From Hemiscyllium ocellatum (taxonomy: Eukaryota): a DNA stretch of 64,000 nucleotides. A program made the position numbers and the translations under genes. Location of the stretch: assembly GCF_020745735.1 (NCBI RefSeq), contig NC_083422.1, forward strand, positions 19,158,001 through 19,222,000, given 5' to 3'. Shown one piece after another: positions 52,411 to 64,000 of this stretch (positions within the stretch are counted from its first letter, which is position 1; every line of letters starts with the position of its first letter). The notes beneath the pieces are model-generated. The model was not told the DNA's origin and ran no database searches. It saw only the letters and a program-made list of their open reading frames with translations.

Positions 52411-53894
52411 TCTTTGGGATTGAGGAAGACTTTAAATGGACAGGAAAGTAAATGGGTAATGGGTTTTAGGAATGACGTACCATGAGGCGGGCTGATCTAA
52501 TTGAAACCTGCTGCCAAATGAGAAAACCAGTAAGGTATTGGTGCTAATGAAAAGTGGAAAAGATTGTCAAGGTTAGAGTTTGTGAAAAATTGAAGTCATT
52601 GATGAAAGAATTTTAAAACTGAGTTAATAGGAGGTAGTGGGGTTCAAAAGCAAGAGAGAATATGAGCATTGGAGCAGGTACAAGATGAGGAATTGTAGAA
52701 GGGAGATTCTTGGGAAGCCAGTGAAGAGGTGCTGAAGATTTATTGTAAGGAATGTGTAAATATGAAATTTGGTCACAGTAAAAGTGAGGGGCAAAATTTA
52801 TACTGTTTAAAATTAGGCTTTTTTGTGTGAAGGTGAGTTTTAATGTCTGCTTGTACATGTGCAGTTGAAATACGATGAATGAGAGAGTTGTAGCCAAGGG
52901 TGGAGAAATTTCACAAGTTATTGTTCCTCCAAGCCTTTGGCTGCAGAGGTAAATTTGTGCCATTACTTGTAGATGTTTCCAAGGGAACAGTACTTAACTA
53001 AGATGAGAACTGGTATGGAACTGATGAGAGATTAGAGACTAGAAGGTCAACTGGAAGTGACGATACCCAACTCAATGAAACAGAACAACAATGAAAGAAG
53101 TTAACTGATCTGTTCCCAAATCAAAAGTTGTGCTGAAAGATATCCAGTCTTTAGTCCAGTTGTACCCCAAGCCTTGTGTTTTCTTCTGTCGTACAGAAGC
53201 CTTCAGTCCATAAAATCTGTCAAGAGAAGAGCTGTAAGAACTAATGTGTAGTTTGTGTGAGGACCAAAGCTTCAGGTTATAATCAAAGTCCTTGGCACAC
53301 TTCTGTCTTTAAAAGGTAAATAAGGTACTAACTAGAAGATATCTAAAATCTGTAGGGGCAGTTTGTTAAATTACTGCGGATAAAGGGAAAACAGGGTACA
53401 TTATCCAATTATAGTACCAGATTAGTAAACCAGGACTTGCATGGCAAGTTATGAATTTGAGTTGAATAACCTTGGTAATTTGACATTATTGAAAGACATT
53501 CAACAAATGCCTTCATGGAATGGAACAGATAACCAAAAGGTAGCTTGGTTGATGTGTGGTTTGAGTGCTCCAATACGTTGTTACTCTTGATGCCCTTGAT
53601 GGGGCAAATCAGGGTGAAATTCCAGTTTATTGATCTTACCCGCAAAACAATTTTTCAAGAGACAAACATTCAAGAGCAAGATAGTTCCAGTAATTGAGCA
53701 GAGAATTTAAGATGCTTAACTGAATGCACTAAACAAATTTTCTGATGTTCACTTTGTGGTATGAATTCTGACCTGTGTCTAACTTTAAATGAAAAGAGAA
53801 CTGGCATTATAATATTCACTTTAATACTGACGTAAGTGCTAATCTGAATAGTTAGCGCTCTTTCTTTTGAGAGGCTGCAAATAACATTCATAAA

Positions 53895-54609
53895 TGAAGG
53901 GACCTAGGCGTGCAGGCACACCGTTCCTTGTAAGTGGAACTATAGCTAGACAGGGTGGTCCATAAGGTGTTTGGCATGTTTGCCTTCATTGGTCTGTGCA
54001 CGGAGTTTAGGAGTTAGGAGGTCATGTGCAGTCATACGGAACACTGGTCAATATTCCAAAGTGGTCTGTGTTCAATTCTAGTCTCCCTGCTATAGCAAGG
54101 ATGTTGCTAAACTTGAAAGGGTTCTGAAAATTTTACAAGGATGTTGCCAGGTATGGAAAGGTTGAGCTTTTAGGGAGACGCTGAATAGGCTATGGCTTTT
54201 GTTCCCTGGAGCATTGGAGGCTGGGGGGTGACCTTTTATACATGTCTATAAAATCACGAGGGGCATAGATAGGGTGAATAGCCACAGTCTTTTCCCCAGG
54301 TTGTGGGAGTCCAAAGCCAGAGGGCACAGGTTTAAGGTGAGAGGGGAAAGATTAAAAAGGGACCTGCGGTGCAACTTTTTCATGCAGTGGGTGGTGTGTG
54401 TATGGAATGAGCTGCCAGAGGAAGTGGTGGAGGTGGGTACAATTTATAATATTTTGAAAGGCATCTGGATAGGTGTATGAATTGGTAGGGTTTTGAGGGA
54501 TATGGGCCAAATGCTAACAAATGAGAGAGATTTATTTGGGATATCTGGTTGGCGTTGATGAGTTGGATAGAAGGATCTATTTCTCTGCTGCATAATTCTA
54601 TTATTCTAA
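53895..54609 (+). mobile_element. CR1 LINE 3' fragment ending about 25 nt before an exon
   Basis: RCNFFMQWVVCVWNELPEEVVE; tail attctattattcta. Confidence 0.9.
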
Positions 54610-54634
54610 ATGTCTCTTGATTTTTTTTTATTAG

Positions 54635-54724
<90 letters not shown>

Positions 54725-54924
54725 TAAGTTAACTGTATCAGTATCAATTTAGTCCATATTAAATCCATGTTAAGTCTCAGTGTGACTGTTGAGAATACAA
54801 TGTATTGTTTGTGGGCCTATGAAATCCATTTGTTGACTGACCAAAGCTGTTCTTTCTGGCACCTAGTCTCTTTATGCACAGTGTGTTTTGGGTGATGGGG
54901 CATGATTTTTTTTTTCTTTTTGAA

Positions 54925-56090
54925 TTGTTTTCTATTGAGAAGGTGACTAAACAGATGGATGAGGGTAAAGTGGTTAATGTGGTGCATATAGATTTCGGTA
55001 TGGCATTTTATAAGGTTCCCCATAGTTGGCTATTGCAGAAAATAGAGGCATGGGATTGAGGGTGACTTAGTGGTTTGGATCAGAAATAGGCTAGCTGAAA
55101 GAAGGCAGAGGTGGTGCTTGGTGGGAAATGTTCATCCTGGAGTTTAGTTACTAATGGTGCACTGCAAGGATCTGGATTGGGGCCACTGTTTGTCGCTTTT
55201 TATAAATGACCTGAATGAAGGTTTTAGAAAGATGGGTTAGTAAATTTGCAGATGACACCAAGGTCAGTACAGTTGTGAATGGTGTCGAAGGAAGTTGTAG
55301 GTTACAGAGGGACGTAGATAAGCTGCAGAGCTGGGCTGAGAGGTAGCAAATGGAGTTTAATGCAGAAAAGTGAGAGGTGATTTCACTTTGGAAAGAATAA
55401 CGAATGCAGAGTACTGGGCTAATGGTAAGATTCTTGTGTAGGTGAGCAAAGAGATCTTGGTGTCCATGAAAGTTATCATCCAGGTTGATAGGATTGTTAA
55501 GACGACATAGTGTGTTAGCGGGTTTGAATTTTGGAACGATGAGGTCATGCTGCAGCTGTACAGAACTCTAGTGCGGCTGCACTTGAGTATTGTGTTCAGT
55601 TCTGGTCACCGTATTATAGAAAGGATGTGAAAGCTCTGGAAAAGGTTCAGAGGAGACCTACTATGATGTTGCCAGGTGTGGAGGGAAGGTCTTAGGATAA
55701 AAGGTTGAGGGACTTGAGGCTGTTCTCGTTAGAGTGGAGGTTGTTGAGAGGTGACTTAATTGAGACATAATCGGAGGATTAGATAGGGTGGACAGTCAAG
55801 AGTCTTTTTCCTTAGATGGCGATGGCTAGCACAAGGGGATGTAGCTTTAAATTGAGGGGTGATGCATATAGGTCAGATGTCAGGTAGTTTCTTTACTTGG
55901 AGTAGTAGGGGTGTGGAGTGCACTGCCTGCAACAGTGGTAGACTCACCAACTTTAAGGGCATTTAAATGGTTATTTGATAGGCAAATGGATGAGAATGAA
56001 ATAGTGTAGGTTAGATGGGCTTCTGATTTGTTTCACAGGTCGGCTCAACGTCAAGGGCTGAAGGGCCTGTAAAGCACTGTTATGTTCTAT
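54925..56090 (+). mobile_element. CR1 LINE ORF2 3' region
   Basis: [32 protein letters not shown]. Confidence 0.9.
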
Positions 56091-56289
56091 CGACAGCATG
56101 AAAAGGTGACATTGGCAGTGGGAAATATAGACCTATGTTTTGACTTCTGTTGATATCGTTTAAGTGCTATACATGTGTCTTGAAATAAGTACTAAACCTT
56201 AGTGATGAAATGGGAAATGTTAGATGCCATTAGTGATTTCTGTCTTGTACAACATTTCCAAATGTTTTACAGCCATAAAGTCAGAAGTG

Positions 56290-57105
56290 TACATTAAGGA
56301 AGCAGCCCTTCAGTCAATTTGTCCAGAAATCCTGTATAAACCTAGTCCCATTTTCCACCATTTGACCCACATCCCTCTGAACCCTCCCTATTCCTTACAC
56401 CTACCCAGATGCATTTTAAATGTTGTAATTGTACCACCCTCTTTGAAAAAGTTGACCCTTGGGTGCCTTTTTGAATCTTTCCCCTCTCTCCTTTAAACCT
56501 ATGTTTCTAGTTTTGGGACTCCTCCACCCCAAGGAAAAGATCTTGGCAATTAACCCTATCTATGTCCCTCATGTTTTTATAAACCTCTGAGATCACCCCT
56601 CAGCCTCTGACACTCCAGGGGAAAATCCCGGCTTATTCAGGCTTTCCCTAATAGCTCCAACCCGGGCAACATCCATGTAAAGCTTTTCTGAATCCTTTCA
56701 AGTCTCGCAACATCGTTCCTTTTGCAGGAGGACCAGAATTGTGCACAGTATTCCAAAACTGGCCTAACCCATGTCCTGGGCAGCTGTAATATGATCTCCC
56801 AACTCCTATACTCCGTGCAATGACCAATAAAGGCAAGCACTATCCTATCTACCTGGAACTCCACTTTCCAGGAACTGTGAACCTGCACTCCAAGGTCTTT
56901 GTTCAGCATCCCTCCCAAGGATCTTGCCATGAAAGTGTGTAAGTCCTACCCTGATTCGCCTTTCCAAAATGTAGCACCTCACATTTATCTAAATTAAACT
57001 CCATCTGCCACCACTCAGCCTATTGACCCATTTGATCAAGATTCTGTTGTAATCTGAGGTAACCTTCTTTGCTGTCCACTACACCTCCAATTTTGGTGTC
57101 ATCTG
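56290..57105 (-). mobile_element. CR1 LINE 3' region
   Basis: ORF 56637-56930(-) contains RPVLEYCAQFWS. Confidence 0.9.
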
Positions 57106-58522
57106 TCCTTTAGCTAATTATGATTAGTCACATTTAGTTGATTCCATTACTATTGAGCAAATGAACCCATTATGCTGATTGTGGTATGTCAAGGAAAATG
57201 TTAAATGTTTCCACCCAGTTTAGATGTGCTTTATATAGAGTCAGTTTTTAAGCCGAGTAGCATTTAATAATGCGGGGCAAGTTGCTATGGGCAAATCTCC
57301 ATGTTGCAACAGAGGCAGGAATTTGGTTTGAGAAACATCAAATTGAAGGCTAGGTCTTGCACTTTTGAAGATGGATGGGGCTTTGTTTTAAAACTAACAT
57401 TTTTACGGTGTGTTGCCTGCTCTGCTGGCCCCACCATATCTCAAATTCTAAGGATGGGAGAGAATGGTGCGGGCACGATAAAGATAGGGCTGGACCATTT
57501 CACCCACAGCAGGTGTAGGCCTGTTCCAGTCGAGAAGCTCAGCAGCTTTACCTATGTTGAGGAAGGGAGTGGGGTGGTGTGACCTCTTTCCAAAAGTGAC
57601 TGAGCCTAATGTGGGATAGCCCCTTAGCCCAAAAGAAGTATCTTAATTCTCCTTTTACCTATCCCCATAACCTCTAGCTCCTCATCTGTCTCACTAGGGC
57701 CTGCCTGCTCTAGGCAATACCCTGGGTTTGCTGAAGTCTGGCCTCCTTTCTTTTTGGGGCTGTCCATGTCCCTGCAGTGATCATGCTTATAACCCAGCAC
57801 TGTTGCGCTGACAGAGCTGCCATCTAGTTGTATAAGCCAGAAGATCTCCTGAGGCAGAAGCTGCTCCCTGAGGTACCACCAGAAGTTTCTCCCTTTTTAG
57901 CTATTTACTCCGTTTGCACCTTTTACATTGCATTGGGACCTTGAGTTCCAGAAACCGTCAGAGGCACCTGAATTGAGTTTTCCCCATTCCTCCGTGAAAA
58001 TCCAAGCGCTAGCCGATGAAGAATGAGTTGATTCTGACCGGCTTGGTATCGCAGGGCATTTGTGCTACAAATGGGAAATGGACCAATGCTGCTGTGCAAT
58101 TAATGATAACTGATAGAAAAATGGCAAGGTGAATATCCAATCTGAAATGATCTTGGCTTTGACTATGTTGTCTTCTCCTCCATTGTCTTAACACTCCCAG
58201 CTGAGGTTAAGAGCCTTGGAGAAAACAGTACAGTAAAACCTGAGTTGAAATTTAATTGTATGAACACAGTGTGTCAAATTCCACATTGCTGTTTTTGAAG
58301 GATTAACACCTGGATGTTTTAAATGAGCTAATGCATCTTTCAGACTAGTTAGAATGTAAAGTATTCACCTGGTAAAATTGTATGGTAATTGCTAAGATTT
58401 TAAATGAGCTCCCAAATCCTTTTATGCAAATTTTAAACAGCTAGTTGAAGAGAAATTGTTCTAGTTTGGTTCCCATACAACATTCAGCACTTAATGTGGT
58501 CACTTCATGTGGTTCACTTCAG

Positions 58523-58618
58523 GTATTTCCTTCGCTGTGTAATCTGGAATACCAGTGACGTTATTCTGGATGAAACAAGCATTACGGGAGAAGAAATGAG
58601 TGATATCTATGTGAAGGG
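58523..58618 (+). CDS. MYOF: Myoferlin exon [31 protein letters not shown](G) (start of C2F)
   Basis: [14 protein letters not shown] is MYOF-like; 96 nt, phase 2-2; |gtaagt. Confidence 0.97.
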
Positions 58619-59149
58619 GTAAGTAGGTAATTCTAATATGTTTTGGTGCGTAAAGGCTTTTAACAAGTGCAAAGCAACATACTTTATTTCATAAAAGCTA
58701 GTCAAGACCTAATGTTTGATTTTATTGCTTCTGTTTACTACATTATTTACTGTGGCTCTACTCCTGTCAGATTGGTAGTACAAGTGAAGTGAAGTTCATG
58801 GGCAGGCCAAATGAGACCCAAGAGACGATGCTGGTGTTTGGGCTATTACTTTTATGAATGGACTGATTGAAAGATTTGTAAATCTTGGAAGGCTCGTGAT
58901 CTTGCTGACAGTTGCCATACAGTCAGTTCAAAAACACTGCAGGTGGGAGTTCTAGGCAAATGGTCTGAATTTAATTTCCTGTATAGGACTTGTATGTCCT
59001 TCAGAAATGTGATTGATGCTACCCAACAAAACATCAAATTGCTCAAAAGAAAATCTTTGCAGTCCAATCTCCAATATTGCACCTGTTTTGGAGCCTTGCT
59101 TGCTGAAGTGAAGGATGAGTAAATGTCATGTTTTACAGGCTTCTGGTTG

Positions 59150-59975
59150 TGGCACCTTCCTGGCACCTTCCCCGCAGGAATTGTAAAACCTGTGCCCACG
59201 CCACGTCCCTCCCCTCCATCCAAGGCCCTAAAGGAGTCTTTCACATCCAGCAAAGTTTTACCTGCACATCCACCAATATCACTTATCGTATCCGTTGCTC
59301 CCGATGCAGTCTCCTCTACATTGGGGAGACTGGATGCCTCCTAACAGAGCATTTTAGGGAAGATCTCTGGGGCACCCGCACCAATCAACCACACCGCCCT
59401 GTGGCCCAACATTTCAACTCCCCCCTCCCACTCTGCTGAGGACATAGAGGTCATGGGCCTCCTTCGCTGCCTCTCCCTCACCATCCGAAGCCTGGAGGAA
59501 GAACGCCTCATCTTCCGCCTTGGAGCACTTCAACCCCAATGCATTAATGTGGACTTCAACAGTTTCCTCATTTCCCCTTCCCCCACCTCACCCCAGTTCT
59601 AAACTTCTAGCTCAGCACTGTCCTCATGACTTGTCCTACCTGCCTATCCTCCTTTCCACCTATCCACTCCACCCTCTGCTCTCTGCTACCACCTTCATCC
59701 CACCCCTATCCACCCATTGTAGTCTTTGCTACCTTCCCCCACCATCCTCCTGACCAATTGCCTTCATCCCCTCCCCCACTCACCTATAGTACTCTATGCT
59801 ACTTTCTCCCCGCCTTCCTCTCATTTATCTCTCCACCCTTCAGGCACTCAACGTTTCGGGCAAAAGCCCGAATACAGGCAAATTTTCCTGCTGCTGGGAT
59901 GCTGTCTGAACTGTGCTTTTCCAGCACCACTAATCCAGAATCTGGTATCCAGCATCTGCAGTCATTGTTTTTACT
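59150..59975 (+). mobile_element. Penelope-like element 3' part (GIY-YIG and terminus)
   Basis: NITYRIRCSRCSLLYIGETG...PVAQHFNSP; family terminus cttttccagcaccac. Confidence 0.9.
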
Positions 59976-60627
59976 TGCTTGTGGCAGAGGGGATTGCCTC
60001 GGGAGGGGATTGTAACTTTGGATTCGAGCTCTGATTGCATCCCTTTCTTGTCCAGCACTGTGGGTCAGAATTTCTTTTTGTTTAGAAGTGGGCATCACTG
60101 ACCAGGCCAACATTTGTGGCCCATTGAGTTGCCTTTTGAGAAGGTGACAGAACTGCTGCATTCTCCTTGTATAATTAAGGGTAGTGTAGAGCTTGGATAG
60201 GAGTCAGCAGGGATTTGCTTCCCTTGTCCTCTGTCACCGAGAAGGACATGTTTGGAGGGTGTTTATGAAAGTGTTAGAAACGTAATAGTGTAGGAACGGA
60301 TATTGTTTTGCTTATATTAGCATATGTACGATCAGGTTGAGTTGAAGGCTAATTGGAATTCATTCTCAAATAGTCAATATAAATTGCATGCATTGTTATG
60401 GAGATTAAGATCCTGTGTAATATTGGAGAAATTATGATTATGGTTATCGGTTCATGATCACCTTTGTACAAAATCTTTGCAATATGCACCATACCCAAGA
60501 AATGGCTCCTCAACATTGGTTAAACTTAGGCTAATTCTGTGAATCAGTCATTAAATTGACTGAAGCCTTTCAGAGCTTGTTTCTATGATCACCTAAAAAT
60601 TGTGTTTCCAGTCATGGGAAGAGCTAG

Positions 60628-60810
60628 GAGTTGGTTAGCTCAGTTGGCTGGACTGTTGGTTTGCAGTGCAGAGTGACACCAGGGTTCAATTCCTGCACTG
60701 GCTCAGGTTACTATAAAGACTCTCCTTCTCAACCTCTTCCCCCTCACCTGAGATTTGGTGACCCTCTAGTTAAACCACGACTAGTTGTGTCTCTGCTAGT
60801 TGTTACCCAA
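60628..60810 (+). mobile_element. tRNA-derived SINE
   Basis: A box tagctcagttgg and B box ggttcaattcc. Confidence 0.7.
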
Positions 60811-61219
60811 ATTGACTTTATTGCTACAGCTTTCTCATCAGCCATTTAGGTTACTATCTCAAAACATGAGAAAAGCAACTTTAGTAAAGTGAGCAGACTT
60901 TATATAAATAAACTTATTACAAATCATTAACTTTCATCTTCTATAGTAGATCAAAAACCTCAAAAGCCAAGGCCATACTTTTGGATTGAAGACGCGTTAC
61001 TGGTGCCATTCAGTCCAGCAGAGAGTACGTTACTAGGGAGCACAGTTCAAAGGTGATAGATTGATAGAAGGATTAGAGGGGACATGAAAAAAAGGTGGAG
61101 GATGTCTGAAATTCACTGCCTAGTTTGGTTGATAGAAAAACTTTTTTTTGAAAAATCATTTGATGTTCACTACCAAGAAACGTGATTTCAAGTCTGTACC
61201 TCTAAGGGGCCATGTATGT

Positions 61220-62290
61220 GTCATAGAAATGTGCAGCACGGAAACAGGCCCTTCAGTCTAACTTGTCCATGCCGACTAGATATCCCAAACCAATCTAGGC
61301 CCACCTACCAGCACCCAGCCCATATCCCTCTGAACCCTTCCTATTCATATACCCATCCAGATGCCTTTTTAAATGTTGCAATTGTACCAGCCTCCACCAC
61401 TTCCTCTGGCAGCTTATTCCATACATGTACCACCCTCTGTATGAAAAAATTGCCTCTTCAGTCTCTTTTATATCTTCCCCCTCGCCCTATAACTATGCCC
61501 TCTAGTTCTGGACTCACCCACCCGAGGGAGAAGACTTTGTCTATTTATCTTATCCATGCCCCTCATGATTTTATAACCTCTATAAATCTCCCCTCAGCCT
61601 CTGACGCTCCAGGGAAAACAGCGCTAGCCTATTCAACCTCTCTCCAACCCTGGCAACAGCCTTGTAAATCTTTTCTGAACCCTTCCACATTTCACAATAT
61701 CAGTCCAATAGGAAGGAGACCAGAATTGCATGCAGTATTCCAACAGTGGCCTAACCAATGTCCTGTAAAGCTGCAACATGACCTCCCAACTGCTGTACTC
61801 GATACACTGACCAAGAAAGGAAAGCATACCAAACGCTGCCTTCACTATCCTATCTACCTGCGACTCCACTTTCAAGGAGCTATGAACCTGCACTCCAAGA
61901 TCTTTGTTCAGCAGCACTCCCTAGGACCTTACCATTAAGTGTATAAGTCCTGCTAAGATTTGCTTTCCCAAAATGCAGCACCTCACATCAATCTAAATTA
62001 AACTCCATCTGTCACTTCTCAGCCCATGGGCCCAACTGATCAAGATCTCTTGTAATCTGAGGTAACCTCCTTCACTACTCACTATATCTCCAATTTTGGG
62101 GTCATCTGCAAACTTACTAACTGTATCTCTTAAGCTCCTATCCAAAATCACTTTTATAAATGATGATGAAATTTAGTGGATCTAGCACCAATCTTTGTGG
62201 CACTCCATTGGTCACAGGCCTCCAGTCTGAAAAACAACCCTCCACCACCACACTGTCTTTTACCTTTGAGTCAGTTCTATATCCAAATGT
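61220..62290 (-). mobile_element. CR1 LINE 3' region
   Basis: ORF 61633-61917(-) contains LYRTLVRPLLEYCMQFWSP; SKFADD-like motif near 62100. Confidence 0.93.
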
Positions 62291-62434
62291 CTGTGGGTCT
62301 GATCGGAGCTGTTGTGGCCTGTGTGCATTCTAAAATTGAAACGAGGCGTTAAGGTTGCATTTTTACTCCAGGACAAAATATTGCTGTAACCCAAAGTGTT
62401 TTCTAATTGTTTACTAATGTAGCTATATCACTGG

Positions 62435-64000
62435 GGAATCCATTCTTAGGGGGACAGATGGGAGGTTTGGTTGGAACGAGAGAGACTCATGATGCATTGC
62501 TTCCCAGGTGCCAGGGTTTGTGATGTCTCTGATTGATTGATTGTGTTTTTGGGATCCTTTAGGGGAAGAGGGATCAGCCCCAGGTTATGTACCAACGATA
62601 TAGGTAGGAAGAGAGATGGAGATTTAAGGCAGAACTTCACGGAGCTAGGGTGGAAGCTTAGCTGGGACAAAGTTGTTATCGCAGTTTGTTGCCTGTCCCA
62701 TTTACTAGTGAGGCAAGGAATAGGGAGAGAAAGGAGTTGAACACGTGACTAGAGGGATGGTTCAGGAGGGCAGGTTTTGGATTCCTGGATATTTGGGGTT
62801 CATCCTGATGTGGGTGGCACCTCTACAAACAGGATGGTCTTCACCTGAACCAGAGGGGTACCAATATCCTGGGGGGCAAATGTGCTAATGTTTTCCAGGT
62901 GGGATTACTAATTCAGCAGGGGGACAGGAGCCCAAATTGTAGCAAGAGTGTACAGGAGGTTGAGAGGAGTGAGGTCCAAAATAAGGCTAGTTGTTATGGG
63001 GACTTTATCTTCTATTGACTGACTGGGAATACTATAGTTCAAGTATTTCAGATGTGTGCAGGAGGGTTTCCTGACACACAGGCCAACAAGGGGCGAGGCC
63101 ACATTAAATTTGGTACTGGATAATGAACCTGGCTCGGTGTTCTTAGACTTAGACTTAGACTTAGACTTACAGTGTGGAAACACTGTTTGGAGGCAGGTGA
63201 GCACTTTGGTAATAGTGACCACAGTTTGGTTATGTTTACTTTAGCGAAAGAAAGGGAGGGTTATAGTCCGCAGGGCAAGAGTTATTGCTGGGGGAAAAGG
63301 CAATAATGTGATTAGGCAAGATTTAGAATGCAAGAAGGAAACTGCAGGGGATGGGCACAATTGAAATGTGGAGCTTATTCAAGGAACAGCTCCTGTGGGT
63401 CCTTGATAAGTATGTACCTGTCGGGCAGGAAGGAAGTTCTTGAGCGAGGGAGCCATGGTTTACTGAGGAAGCTGAATCTCTTGTCAAGAGGAAGAAAGTG
63501 GCTTATGTTAGAATGAGAAGTGAAGCTCCGTTAGGACGCTTGGGAATTACAGGTTAGCCAGGAAAGACCTAAGAGTTGAGAGCCAGCAGGGGACATGAGA
63601 AATCATTGGCAGATAGGATCAAGGAAACTCCTAAGGCTTTCTATAGATATATCCGGTATAAAAGAATGATTTAGAGTAAGAGTAGGTCCAATCAAGCATA
63701 GTAGTGGCAAGTTGTATGTGGAGTCAGAGGGGATGGGGGAAGCGCTAAATTAATTTTTTTGCCAGTTTTCAGTCTTGTTCTAATGTTGTTGAGGAGAATA
63801 CTGAGATACAAGCTACTAGACTAAATGGGATTGAGGTTCACAAGGAGGTGTTAACAATTGGAAGTGTAAAAATAAATAAGTCCCCTGGGCAGAATGGGAT
63901 TTACCCTAGGATTCTCTAGGCTATTAGGGAGGAGATTGCCAAGCCTTTGACTTTGCTCTTTGTCATTGTCTTCAGGAATAGTGGCAGATTGCAAATGTTG
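62435..64000 (+). mobile_element. CR1 LINE ORF1 (esterase-like) and ORF2 endonuclease remnants
   Basis: CFPGARV, TNDIG and DGLHLN (SGNH-like); PTRGEATLNLVL, SDH and KSPG motifs; frameshifted. Confidence 0.85.
63142..63181 (-). repeat. (CTTAGA)4 plus a short HE1/HER1-like 3' tail
   Basis: Reverse strand gtttccacactgtaag(tctaag)n matches the SINE end at 8776-8800. Confidence 0.75.

Noticed and set aside
57270-58010. Possible non-autonomous DNA element with a CTCF-like motif near 57817
   Set aside because: Termini could not be defined; the motif is probably repeat-derived.
60628-60705. tRNA gene
   Set aside because: A and B boxes are present but there is no clean cloverleaf, and it continues into a SINE body.
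61216-61938. 240-aa + strand ORF, the longest in the track
   Set aside because: It is the antisense frame of a CR1 fragment, not a host gene.

Overview
Eukaryotic, intron-rich genomic DNA, most likely from an elasmobranch (shark or ray), judged from HE1/V-SINEs, HER1-like CR1 LINEs and Deu-like SINEs. The whole window lies inside one + strand ferlin gene that best matches myoferlin (MYOF). Eleven core exons chain in correct phase with GT-AG boundaries. They run from the C2DE/linker region through C2E to the start of C2F; both gene ends lie outside the window. The linker intron (408-5290) holds a clear exon-38a-like cassette (1007-1063) and two further phase-0 candidates, a 48-nt exon and a 9-nt microexon. 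The introns are full of decayed retroelements, including several Penelope-like families with minimal hammerhead ribozyme motifs, fold-back mini-elements, nested insertions and micro-inversions. One 67-bp hairpin insertion duplicated an exon's branch point. Most ORFs in the supplied track are spurious or TE remnants. Homology calls come from my recall of family sequences, not from searches, and repeat boundaries are approximate.
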